Shown here piece by piece: positions 41,934 through 54,222 of a stretch of 64,000 bases of DNA. The notes beneath the pieces were generated by a model that saw only the letters and a list, made by a program, of their open reading frames with translations, did no database searches and had not been told where the DNA came from. Origin of the DNA: Octopus bimaculoides (Eukaryota); NCBI RefSeq assembly GCF_001194135.2, contig NC_068984.1, positions 3,970,192 to 4,034,191 of the forward strand. Reading direction: 5' to 3'. The position numbers and the translations under genes were made by a program. Position 1 is the stretch's first letter; the number at the start of each line of letters is the position of its first letter.

Positions 41934-42427
41934 TGTCCATCAACCTATTTCCCTCATAAAGTATTAGTTAATCTGTAGCTGTGGCTGAAAAGACCAGCTA
42001 ACAATGCCCACATAGGAGGACCAAACCCCTAATCAAGTGATGCTAATGCAAATTTCTTTACCATACAGACATGCTAGCATCTCTTTCATCATCATTTAAC
42101 ATCTGTTGCCCAGGATGGCATGGGCTGAACAGTTTGACCAGGGCTGGAAAGCTGAAAGGCTGCACCAAACTCCAGTCTGATTTGGCATGGTTTTCTATGG
42201 CTGGATGCCCTTCCTAACACCAACCACTCCAAGGGTAATGGGTGCTTTTATGTACCACTGACATGGGTGCCATTTGCATGACACTAGTATCTGCCATGAC
42301 TGCAATTTCATTCGGCTTGATGAGTCTCCTTTTCAAACACGACATAATGTCCTATGTGGACATTGTTAGCTGGTCTTTTCAGCTACAGATTAACTAATAC
42401 TTTATGAGGGAAATATGTTGAAGGACA
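41934..42427. repeat. ~80-bp inverted repeat (arms 41934-42017 and 42350-42427) around a retro-repeat
   Basis: ATTTCCCTCATAAAGTATTAGTTAATCTGTAGCT...GAAAAGACCAGCTAACAATG and its reverse complement are both present. Confidence 0.95.
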
Positions 42428-43339
42428 TTGGCTTCTGTGAAGCCCAACACTTTCAAAATGTAAATTTACCAAAACTGAAAATATCAGATTAGATTTAAAC
42501 ACTGAAATCAGAAAATTAGAAGAGAAACACCTATTTGTGTACTGATAGGCTAGAACTCCCAAAAATGAAGGTGAAAAATACAGAAAAAAGTACTACAGAA
42601 GAATCAGACTAATATTAAAAACCAGACTCAAAGCCAGAAAAAAAAAAAAGATGACATAAACCACTGCAAATATAAACTACAGTTACAAAAAAAAAAAAAA
42701 CCCAAAGTGAAGGTAGGGAACTTTAGATTTAAGATAGAAAACCCAAAAAATTACTCAAATTCTGCATCCATCAATCTAGATTTCAAAGTTATCTACCTTA
42801 CCTTTCTTGATCAGAATTAACAAAGTTAATGATTTTTCCTCTTCCCTAAGAGTATAATTTGAACCAGTTAGACATTAATACTTGACTTAACTAAGCACAA
42901 AAAGAATATATCTACCACATGCAGAGTAGAATGGACAAGGTACAAAAATACAAGTCTTACAGGATAACCATAAGGAGTCTATAAAAATTCTCCAAAGCTA
43001 ACAAAGGCAAACTGTTTGCTATATTAGCAAAATCTACATTTTCTGTTCCATATTAACGGAAACAAGAGGACAAACTAGAAGGTAAATACATTTAAGATAA
43101 AGACAGATAAAAACAAACCAACAGAAAATATTAAATAAAAGATAAAACTGAATGGGAAATAAAAAAAACCTATTTAAAAAGAGAGAGAGAAAGTTTTAAT
43201 TAATTAGTTTCCTGCAAGAGAGGACAGAGAAAAAAATGAGCTAATCTGAAAGCCAACAATGGTTCGGCAGATCTGTTGACTAAAGGTAAAAATAACTTAA
43301 CCAATTTTGAACTACAAAAAATCCAAGGAACAAAAAAAC

Positions 43340-43620
43340 TACCAAAATAAATAATAAACACATTTTGAGATGCTCAGTATTACAAAGAGAGATCATATGA
43401 GTAGGCTTGACAGGATAGGAAACTATATCAATTTGAAATGATTATACAGGGACTTCATCCACATCAAAACTGGAAACTAAATTATATAAACCCACACTGC
43501 ATCTCTTGTCACATGATACTCCAGTAAATATCTGTCCAGATCTAAATATCCAGATAGAATCAGAGACAGAAAAATATAACTTATGTACATTGACAGACAT
43601 CTCAACACTTTGCAAACAAA
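43340..43620 (+). mobile_element. Decayed R4/Dong-type 3' region (zinc knuckle / REL endonuclease flank)
   Basis: AGTAGGCTTGACAGGATAGGAAACTATATC reads SRLDRIGNYI, similar to the RHD.IG..IH motif. Boundaries approximate. Confidence 0.45.
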
Positions 43621-43721
43621 AGAAGCATTATTAATGATAATTAATATTGATAATTATTTATTATTAACTATAAATAATTAAATATCTTCATTTGGTGTAA
43701 AAATTTAGAGAAATGGTGAAG

Positions 43722-43755
<34 letters not shown>

Positions 43756-43974
43756 GTATGTGTGTGTGTGTATATAAGAAAAGAAGATATAGATAATTTA
43801 ACTGAAGAGATGTACTGCCATTTTTATAGCTATTATATACTGTTGTGAAACTGACAGTACATCACCTATAGTTAAATTGATGTATCTTTTCTTATATAAT
43901 GAACTTTAATTAAAAGTGAGTGGTTTAAGTTTTGTTCATATCATCACCACACACACATTATATATTATTATATT

Positions 43975-44153
43975 AGGTGGTGAGCTGGCAGACACATTAG
44001 CACACCGGGCAAAATGCTTAGTGGTATTTTGTCTATCTTAATGTTCCGAGTTCAAATTCCGCCAAGGTCGACTTTGCCTTTCATCCTTCTGTACTGGGGT
44101 TGATTTAATCGATTGGCCCCCTCCCCTAAAATTTCGGGCCTTGTGCCTAGAGT
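43975..44153 (+). mobile_element. tRNA-derived SINE with GTCGACTTTGCCTTTCATCC central domain
   Basis: Head GGTGAGCTGGCAGACACATTAGC, B-box GAGTTCAAATTCC. Homologous copies at 12830-12958 (+), 28208-28409 (-) and 53050-53265 (-). Confidence 0.85.
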
Positions 44154-44168
44154 AAAAAAAAAAATATA

Positions 44169-44295
44169 CAGGATGTCCACAAAGTCTGGCTACATGGAGT
44201 AAATAAAATCATAAAATAAACAATTAAATATACAAAATAATAATTTCTTAAAGTATGTGTTAATCCCCATGTACCCAGACTTTGTGGACACCCTG
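44169..44295. mobile_element. Tc1/mariner-type MITE, 127 bp
   Basis: Near-perfect terminal inverted repeats CAGGATGTCCACAAAGTCTGGCTACATGG and CCATGTACCCAGACTTTGTGGACACCCTG, with TA on both sides (44167-44168 and 44296-44297). Confidence 0.92.
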
Positions 44296-47103
44296 TATAT
44301 GTTAAATACACATAATGTATATGATTTGTGTATTTTCCGGTGGCTGCAATGGCATAGCGGAGTATATAACTCTTGTGTCACTGGTGTTGAGACAACTTAG
44401 AGCCATGGACTGGTGAGATAGCTTACGCTCAATCCCATTTAGGAGTGATGGACATCAATGTTTCACCATTTTTATAGCTTATCAACACCACCTACCTGCA
44501 AAAGCAGCTTGTCCACTCATGCTCACTCAAAAATCTCTTTCAGAGAGAGGTTATTTCTAAGGAGAAATTACCTACAAACTATTACATTATTAACCTTTCC
44601 GTCATATCTTTATGGAAAGATTCTAACAAATTACAACCACAGTCCACCTTCTTTAAAAGAGTAAACAGATAAATAATAACTTTATTATCAATTTATTTAT
44701 TTAAATTAAGTTTTTTTAATGAATTCTGCTTCTTGTTGTCACTCACAAATTATTGTCCATGCCAGTTCAACTGTTTTCCCTTGTGTAAAGCAACCAAAGC
44801 TTTAACACACAAGCCATTCCTCATGCTCCAATTCCATGCAAGTGAACATTACACATACAACAAATCACACTTTTTTTCTTCTTATTCTACTTTGATTTTT
44901 CTAAGACTGCTTGCTAATCTCTCTATGCAATTTACACTTCTTGCAGACATTCCATACTCTAATTCTTTTACAGGAAAAAAAAAAAATCCTTACATCTCTC
45001 TGAACATGTTCTACAAGTTACTACTATAGTCTTGCTCAAACCACCTCCAGCACAGATAATGACATCAAGCTAACTAAAATTATCTTCTGCATCCTAATGA
45101 ATCATCTGAACAGTTCATTGATTTCATTGCTCCTCGTGTTAACTACTCATCTTGTGTGTCTATATTTCTATCTCCTGCCTACAAAACTACCTGCAAATCC
45201 TTCTATACTCCTACATAAGGAGCCATAATCAACTGAATTATGTTGTTGATAATTATTTTATTGACCTTATAAGATAATAAAATGTTTTTACTCCTGAACA
45301 TGTTTTAATTCTAACAATGACTAATGAGAGAAAGACATTAGTCATGATCAGAATAACTTGGTACATGAAAGGGACTGTGTTATGATTATGACATGTACAG
45401 GTCTCACTGACAGTCTGGTCAGATTGAAGTAGTTGGTGGTCAGTTACAAGTCCATGTCTGGAGGTGGGAAAGACTGAGATTTTGGGGCTTAGAGTAAGGG
45501 TTGAGAGAGAACAAACAGAACGGGTGACTAGAGAGAAGGTACAGGTTGGGTGGAAGTGCTTTTTAAGTAACAAGTCAAGTAAAACAGAGACGGTTATAGG
45601 AGTGATAGAAGAGTTACAGTGAAGAGACAGTATAGGGGTATTATACAACTAGTTAGTTAAATGAAGCAGAGCCTTTATGGTTGAGGTAGAAAAGTTGGAT
45701 TGGGCCACTAATGTGGGGTTATATAAATTTCCAACTCTGCACCATGTCATCCTCATCGTTTAACATCTGCCTTCCATGCTAGGAAGGTTTGCCTTCCCGT
45801 GGGTGGGACATATTGAGCAGGGCCATTCACCTGACAGAAAGAGAGTTTTATCGTTTCTTACTATGTAAAATATAAAAAATGGTCAAGTGAAAAATTTAGT
45901 ATGACATTCTATTGCCTGTACCAAGTTGTTCCAACTCTGTAATTGAAACATACTGAGTTGTTTGATAGTGTTCAATATCACTCTATAATCACATATATGT
46001 ATTCATTCTATAAAACCTGCTGAGAATTTACTTCTGTATTTAACAAGTATCCATTGTATCAATCTGCTTAGAAATTAAACTGTGAAAGATGAAGTACTCA
46101 ACTAGGTATGGTGCAGTATCTAATCTGGTGCACTATCATTTGCACCAAATCTCTTGCCTTTGCTATATTCAGTGAAGTAACATTTAATAATGCAGATAAA
46201 GTCAATTAATGACTATTAAATTTCCTACAAAGAAAGAAGAGATCCTTTTAATAAGATATTTTTAAAATTCATTGTAAAATATGTTCTTTCCTTGATTATT
46301 TTTGATAGCAGGTAAAACGTACTCCCTATGGACATTAGATTTCAAAAATGCTAGCATTTAAAAAGAAATTTGAAATGCAATCACTTGCACATGTGTGTTA
46401 AACTAGTATGCTTTTATTCACCCACACACACACAATACATAGAACACAAACATATGTGCATGAACTACCATTTAGGCGTATTCAAACAATAACTAAAATT
46501 GCATGCATTCAATATACAATAAAGAAAATTAACAATTATGTCAGCATTGAATCAATGTAGACAAAATATGAAACTTAATGCTATAGGAGAAATGAAGGAA
46601 GTAAGCAAGTGTCTAGAATAATGTTTGGTATTCTCATTCAGCTTTACTTAAAGGATAGTCAAAGCATTTTCTAATCATGCACACCTTTGAATTATTGCTG
46701 TTGAACACAATATCCTCGTCTACCAAAATCATGCAAGCTGTCTTCCACTGCTCTCATTTTCTATTATGTTAACATCACACCAATAAAATATTTAAAAAAA
46801 ATATAGAATGATGTAAAACCATGAAATGGAATTCCAGTTTTGACAATTATCTACCATTAAATATTTCAAATATGAAATTTAGGTTATGAAGCTTAAGATG
46901 TTAATATTCTCAAAGTATATAAGACTTGTTAAATCTATTCACTTGATTTTGAGTGAAAGCTTTAAATTAAATTGAGTTAATTGGTAAGAAAGCTAATTAA
47001 AAAGTGCATTTTTTCCCCTTTCATACGATCCCAGTACACCCAACAGCTTTTCTTTCTGAACATTCTGTATTAAAACTGGTTTATAGTTTTTCCAAAAGCT
47101 TAA

Positions 47104-47323
47104 CCCTTTCGTTACTGTATTTATTTTGAGATGCCCTGTGTTTCTTTCAATTACTTTAAATATAACAAAGAATTTAGTAAAATAACTTAGTTATCATTCA
47201 GCTAGTGTTAGGAACATAAATTGTGACTAAGGTTTGGTGGAAAATTTTAATTCAAAACTTATGGAAACAAGACATTTTTACTCAGAACCAGAGCCGGTTT
47301 CAGCTGGGTTGGTAACGAAAGGG
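47104..47323. mobile_element. piggyBac-type MITE, 220 bp
   Basis: TTAA target site on both sides (47100-47103 and 47324-47327). Terminal inverted repeats CCCTTTCGTTAC and GTAACGAAAGGG. Confidence 0.9.
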
Positions 47324-48939
47324 TTAAACCTCATTCCCAAGGACATTTACTATTACAGAAAATTAATAGACAGAAAACTTAACTTTACAGTGTTTTTTAA
47401 TAGGGTTCAGCCATCATAGATTAAAAATCTAGTGATAATAATCAATATAAAGATTATTCAAACTAAAATAAGTAACTAAAGAAGCTGACTAATATTAAAT
47501 TTTCAAATTTTTTAAATGACACAAAAAATGTATTACATCGATCTACAGAAGAGTTGTGGGGAAAATGTGCACTACATCAAACAATATGAGTAAATGCTAT
47601 TTAAACAGATAAAATTTTTATTTCAAATCTACACAGCAACATTTATAAATATGACAACTTACAATGTTTAAGGTATGACCAATCACAGAATTGGTAATGA
47701 CAATCATTACAAGTCTACATTGTAAAATTATTGCTTAATACTTAAAATTCATTACTAATAATAAATATAATGATAATAATTAAGATCTAATGAGATTTTC
47801 TGAAGTAAGTCCACAGAAATATTGATTAATAAAGGGTGAATTAGAATTGTAGGAGAAAATTGAAGCAGTAATGTAATTGAGGATAAGCTAATAGTAAATG
47901 CTGCACTTTGGCCAACTACAAATTTACAACCCCATTGAATAAGTTGACAATAGATATTAAAATTTCAATTTGAAACAAAGATCACATTTTCGCCTTGAAC
48001 CCAGTAAATGTTTTGAGTCATTGTGATGTTATGTCCACTTTTCATGCTGACAGCAGTTGGATATGAAATGCCACAGCCTGAGTTATTTCTGCTGTTAAAG
48101 ACTGGGGCTTGTACCTCCCATTTGGCTTGGTTTCTACAGCTGTATGTCCTTCCCGTCAGCAAACACTTTGCAGAGAGTATTGTGTGCATTTTTTTCATGG
48201 CAGTAGCACTAAAGAAATTGAAGAGCCCCTGACAAGACTAGATTAAAAGGGACCTTGCAATCCTACACATTTTCTGCTCATTTTCCAATCACTTGATACT
48301 GTGCATTTGGTGCATTTTCATGGCACCAACATTAAAGAGGTAGCACTGCTCACCATTCATTTGCAGAGTGAGCATGGTGAGTTCCAACATACCACCAGCA
48401 CAGTAGAAGGGGTGGGGAGAGAAATACGAGTGTAAGTGTAAAGAGAATTCACAAAAACCTAGGGTGAGTGGATTTATTCAGGAGAACTAAAGAGACAGAG
48501 AGAGAGAGAAAGGTAACCAGAATGAGTGGAAGAGTGTATGGGACAGGAATACAATGAAAAAAAAAAAAAGACATTTAGGGAGTGGAAGGAGAGTTCTGGC
48601 TGGTAGTATAACAAATGAGGCCAGAATATATTTGGTGGGTGGGTGGATGGGATGAGTGAGCCTAGGTAGTCAGTTGTATGTGAAACTAGTAAAAGGCCAG
48701 GAGGTCAGTGTGAAGAGGATGATGGAGAGATGACAGATTATGAGTGATAAAGAAATATGGGAGTGAAAAAGGGATGAGCAATTGGCATGTGAGATGGAAG
48801 ATGCAAGTGAGGTAGCAGCAAAAGTAAGCTTGGTAGGTTAGAGAAAGTATATTACAGCTTCTAAATGCCACCATCATATCAAGGTATGTTTTACTATGGG
48901 TTGGGTGGATCTTTCATCATTTCCTGTATCTTCAGTTTC

Positions 48940-49260
48940 ATGAGAAACAGCATCTTTAGTATGGCCTTCACCATTTCATCCCAAGTCTCCTTAGCTTTCT
49001 ACTTCTACTGTTTCCAATAGCTTAGAATGCCAATTACTTGGCACTTTCTTATACAAATATCCATCCTCTGTACACATCACATGCCCATACCAGTGTAGCT
49101 TCTTTTTCCTAATCTTTGTCTCTGGACTCACTTTTGTACTCTGGCATTCAAACACACTCACATTTACACATCCATTGAGCATGATGGCTTCATAAGCTTT
49201 CTACATTCAAGGCCCACATCTTTCTATCATGCAGTATCACAGTTCTAATAGAAGCATCAA
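48940..49260 (-). mobile_element. RTE-clade LINE C-terminal fragment
   Basis: The ORF track shows KIRKKKLHWYGHVMCTEDGYLYKKV, matching RRLRWYGHV.RM. Confidence 0.75.
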
Positions 49261-49538
49261 AAAAATCTACCTGCCACTGTGGGGAAAGAAAAACTTTTAT
49301 TGCAATTAGAAGTAATGGTTAAGTGAAAGTTTCCCAGCAATAAAACAGTTATTGATAGCAGATGACAGAAGCAGAGATAATACTAGTCAGTTTTCCTCAG
49401 ATATGAGAAGCAAACTTGACTAAAACCATTTTCAACTGAATATAATCATATAATAACTAATTCTAACATGTTTAAGGAAAATGAGAAAAGAAAACTTAAG
49501 TTACAATGTAAATATAATATATACCTGTGTGTGTGTGT

Positions 49539-49842
49539 GAAGACAAGTGGCCTAGTGGTTAGGGTGGTGCACTTGTGATTGCTAGATCATGGGTTCAATT
49601 CCTGGACTGAGTGACAAGTTGTGTTTTTGAGCAAAATGCTTCATTTCAAGTTGTTTCAGGCCACTCAGCTGTAAATGGGTCCACCCTGTGGTGAGATAGC
49701 TTTCTGATCGGAGGAATGCTGGCCTGCTCACCTAGCCAGCCAGAGGGGAGGCATCATTCAAAAGCTAAAACAATGCAAAGCGCATTGTGACCAGCAATGT
49801 ATAACAACATCTGATAGTCTGGTCAATCATATGATCACATGA
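49539..49842 (+). mobile_element. tRNA-derived SINE, further family
   Basis: A-box-like TGGCCTAGTGGTTAGG, B-box-like GGTTCAATTCC, TGATCACATGAT tail. Confidence 0.8.
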
Positions 49843-51494
49843 TTTTATATATATGTACACACACACACACACACACACATTTTCTATTCTCAGTTGAAAT
49901 AAATAAATGTATTCAGTAATTTGAACTGAATGATGAATTCTTTTAATTATATTTACACACACGATATTAACACAAAGATCAAAAAAGACAGCAGTGAAGT
50001 GAAATGTATGAGAACACAGACACACATTTTATTTTTTTCTTATTGTTTATCAAGAGGTTATATTAATATATAAAGTGGCAACAGTGGTTGCCAAGAACCC
50101 TTGCCAGCTATTTTATTTTTCTAAATAGCTTTACTATTTATTGTACATTAGATGATTATATGTTTAAGGTTTCCTCATTTTCATAGAAATTGCTCCTGAG
50201 AGCATATAAGCATTCCTGCTGGAGGTGATGACAAGTGACAGAAACTTTTGGCAATTTGTTGTGCTTCAGAAGACACATCAAATTTAGTGGAATTGTAGTT
50301 GTGGCCACTGCCAGTGACATATGTAACATGCTAGTGATGTGTGAGGCACCCATGCTGGTGACACGTAAAGGCACTCGTGCTGATGATGTGTGAAAAGCAG
50401 CCGTGCCAGTGACACATGCTAGACGTCCAGTACAGTATGGAGTGGTTGGCATTAGGAAAGGTGTCCAGTCATAGTGACCAAACCAAAACAGACTGGAGCC
50501 TCAAGCAGTTCTCCAGCTTACCAGTTCCAGTCAAACCATCTAACCCATGCCAGCATGGAAAACAGACACTAAATGATGATGATGATGGTGTCAAGTCATT
50601 TCAGCTATGATAATGTAGAAATTATTTTGCAAATCAATGAAAATTAACAACTGTATAATTTAGAGGCTAAATCCTTTGTAAGTAAGTAATAGTGTCTGCT
50701 GATAAAGACACAAGGTTAAACTTGATAGTGAAGGGATAATAAGTTTGTATGATATCCATGTCTTCAGAAGACCATTATGAAAGGAAATGGCTTGAACTGG
50801 AGAAAAAAAAAATAATATTCAAAACCAGTATACACAACCTGCATCATTAGAATCTTAACTTTTGAAATTCTAGAAAGAGATTTTAATGGAATTTTAATAA
50901 TCTTTTCCTCGCTGAACATTTTACAAAAATATAAGATAGTAAAATGCTAATTTCTTTAACAAAACAGTCTATAAAACTAAATATTAAATAGGCTTGTTAA
51001 ATTATACCTAAATTAGGTATGTTGAAGAAAACCATTCTTCTCTTCCAGCAATAACCTCAAGGAAATTAGTAATGATAAGGTTGAGAAGTCCACCTGACAC
51101 ATACATGGTTTCAGGGCTAGTATCCTGTGGTACCTTGCATAAGTAGTAACAGAAATGAGGTTGTAAAAATGGGTACAGTAGATAAACTACTTCTCAGTTT
51201 CTACTTTTTCCTATGTTCATTGTCTGCCAATAGAAATAATTATTAATGGCTGTCCTTTGTGAAGTTTCTATAAATAAAAAAGTTACTTGTTTATTTCTTA
51301 TAATTATGCATGCATATTTTGTACAGTTCTCATAATAAAACACACTGATTAATTGTATACTCTACAATAAGAGCAGTTCAGTAATTCTGGATCACCGAAA
51401 GTTAAAGGGTGAGAGTGGCTTTGGGAAGGCTGAAGTAAAGCAATACGAGGTCAAGCGGAGGGTGACTGTGTACATGGGGCCTAACTACCCATGT

Positions 51495-51752
51495 ACATGG
51501 GCATATGACGTAGTGGTTAAGAGCGCGGGCTACTAACCCCAAGATTCCAAGTTCAATTCCAGGCAGTGACCTGAATAATAATAATAATAATAACAACAAC
51601 AACAGCAACAACATCGAAAAACACCTTTGGAATGAGAACCCAAGTTTGAAATTTCCCCAAGACACCTGATGAAGTCTGGAGGGTATATCATCCAAAACGT
51701 GTTAACAACAAACAAGATGAGGACAAATATCTGTGAAATGTAAATAATGTAC
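51495..51752 (+). mobile_element. tRNA-derived SINE with hammerhead-like 3' module
   Basis: A-box-like TAGTGGTTAAG (51511-51521), B-box-like GTTCAATTCC (51551-51560), an (AAT/AAC)n linker, then GACAC-CTGATGA...AAAAC-GTGTT. Confidence 0.8.
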
Positions 51753-51862
51753 TCCTCTTGTGTCTTGAGAAGGGCAGAAACTGATGTTGTCATTTGTACT
51801 TTATTGTACTTTATATCATAAAATCATATTGCCAAGTATTCAATATTAATTGACATGTTTAA

Positions 51863-52037
51863 CCCTTTAGCATTCAAATCAAATTATATTATAATTCTTA
51901 TTTACTGACATTGTTTTGAATTAATTAGGCATTATCTTGTACCTTTGAGATTTTGATGATGTGATGGTAATATTTTTTAGAATGACATTGTAAGGTAGGT
52001 GTGAAAGACCCAATCAGGCTGGTTCAAACACAAAACA
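51863..52037 (+). mobile_element. Truncated piggyBac-type MITE of a second family
   Basis: Starts TTAA-CCCTTTAGCATT. The interior differs from the 47104 element and no matching right terminal repeat is visible. Confidence 0.55.
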
Positions 52038-52099
52038 GGTAAAATATTTTTGTCAGGTTAAATAATCAAATACATATAACCAATATGTATTCAATATGT

Positions 52100-52507
52100 A
52101 GGTGCAGAAGTGGAGCTTGCTTACCAACCACATGGTTCTGGGTTCAGTCTCACTGCATAGTACTTTGGGCATGTGTATTCTACTATAGCCTTGGGTCAAC
52201 CAAGCCCTGTGAGTGGATTTGGTAGATGGAAACTGAAAGAAGTCCATCACATATATATGTGTGTGTGTGTGTTTGTGTGTCTGTGTTTGCCCCCCCCCCA
52301 ACCGCCACCACCACCATTGCTTGACAACCGATGTTGGTGTGTTTACATCCCCGTAACTTAGTGGTTCAGCAAAAGAAACTGATAGATTAAGTACTAAGCT
52401 TACAAAGAATAAGTCCTGAGCGTCGATTTGTTTGACTAAAAGGCAGTGCTCCAGCATGGCCACAGTCAAATGACTGAAACAAATAAAAGAATAAAAGAAC
52501 AAAAGAA
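52100..52507 (+). mobile_element. Near full-length tRNA-derived SINE with CORE-like centre and (TAAAAGA)n tail
   Basis: B-box-like GGTTCAGTCTC, CTTTGGGCATGTGTATTCTACTATAGCC, internal (GT)n, tail AATAAAAGAATAAAAGAAC. Partial copies lie at 28016-28156 (-), 41470-41620 (+), 61460-61610 (+) and 24180-24260 (-). Confidence 0.85.
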
Positions 52508-53049
52508 TTGTGAAGGCAATGTAGGAGGAGCATAAACTATAAAGAACTTTTTTCTCCAGCCAACTCATAAGTCTGTTAAAATAAGACACTCGCATTACTA
52601 TCAAAAAGTTTATTTAGTATAACAGAAGCAATGCATCAGGTAGTTTTTTCCCCTGTGCTGTATCTTCTGCAACCATTGTACCTCAAATCTTAAGGCTATA
52701 TTTTAACTTGTATTCATTCTTTATCATGATTATTCCTACCAGTGAACCCTGTCGTCTCTCCCACACGACAAAGTAATTTCCATTCTAGTAATGCACCATC
52801 ATCATTGTATTGCAGTTGTTGTACAAGCAGGGCTGAACTGTGGTTGGTCTGTGTGAACCAGTTGTTAAATTTTCCTTTTTTTTTTTTCCCTAAATAAAAA
52901 AGTGGCTGTTAACTTTCACAGCAGGTTCTTTTGTTGTAAACATTTTTACTGGAAGAAAATTTGCCTTATTTATTTCCACCATAATAATTTTTGCCATCTT
53001 TTTGCTGTAGTTGCAGTGGTGGTGGTGGTGGTGGTGGTGGTAACAATAG

Positions 53050-53265
53050 TTCTTTCTACAATAGACACAATAGGCTTGAGATTTTGGGGGAATGTTGCTA
53101 GTCAGTTATATTGACCTCAGTGCTTAACTGGTACTTACTTTATTGACCCCCAAAAGGATGAAAGGGAAAGTCAAGGTTGGTGGAATTTGAACTCAGAGTG
53201 TAAAGACAAATGAAATACTGCTAATCAGTTTGTCTGGCATGCTAACAATTCTGCCAGCTCACGAC
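53050..53265 (-). mobile_element. SINE, 43975 family
   Basis: The reverse complement contains GTGAGCTGGCAGAATTGTTAGC and GAGTTCAAATTCC...TTTCATCCTTTTGGGGGTCAATAAAGTAAGTACC. Confidence 0.8.
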
Positions 53266-53344
53266 CTATAATAATGATAATAATAATGGTTTGAATTTTT
53301 GGTACAAGGCTAGCAATGCTTGACTGGTGCTTATTTAATCAATC

Positions 53345-54025
53345 CTTGGACCTCACAGAAGAAATGACAATGGACTGAGATGTCTGGTGATATGAAGTTC
53401 TTGAGAAGACCTGTCTACGTAAGTGAAATTGAGTTCTAGAAGTGCTGTGTGTCCCACTCACACTTAACAAGGAAACTTCTCACACACTCTACCACAACAG
53501 ACCAAACTACATCTCTTCTCTTCCTCACATTTCCACTTCATGCACTAAGCCTACCTCCCACTCCCCAATCTTGTCCTCTTGGCCCTTTGCCAGTGTATCA
53601 TTGCTCTCTGCTAGCATCCATCCTGCATGTACCACCCATGCCCCGTCTCGCTGTATCGTTGTGTATACCCAGCACTTTGCCACCATCTCTATCCTGCTGT
53701 CTCCCACACTCTCTCATTTTTTCTCCTTCCCTCAGGTTGGCTAACCATTTATTTCCTTTGTGGCAGCGCAACGGTTTCTGTCTTCATTCCTGATCTCTCA
53801 AACTCTCTCTCTCTCTCCAGCTGGGTAATCTTGTACCTCCTCTGCAGCAAGATACCTGTTTCTGTCTCTCTATAACCTTTCATCATCTGACACAAGATCA
53901 CCTCCTCCAATGTCCCCTCCCCTCTCAAGAGCCTTTTTTTTTGTCTTGCAAGTACTTGGTGGCCCTATCAATGAAGCACCCAGTCCACACTGTAAAGTGG
54001 TTGGCATTTGGAAGGGCATCCAGAT
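53345..54025 (+). mobile_element. 5'- and 3'-truncated copy of the same RTE 3' UTR
   Basis: AATGGACTGAGATGTCTGG...GTTCTTGAGAAGACC...GAGTTCTAGAAG aligns by eye to 57700-57780 and continues into the tail module. Confidence 0.8.
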
Positions 54026-54162
54026 GTGAGTTGTCTCATTTGCCTATGACTTACTTTCAGGTGTTTTTAACACCTGGCACATTCAGAATATGGTCTCCTA
54101 CACCTAAAAAGTGCAGCCAACCCACGAATTAACAACACACACACCTTGTGTATGTTTAATTT

Positions 54163-54164
<2 letters not shown>

Positions 54165-54221
<57 letters not shown>
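54165..54221. repeat. (AAT)n microsatellite
   Basis: Direct inspection. Confidence 0.98.

Positions 54222-54222
<1 letters not shown>

Noticed and set aside
51495-51570. Possible tRNA gene
   Set aside because: The cloverleaf is degenerate and contiguous with a SINE body. The same applies to the heads at 49539, 43975 and 52100.
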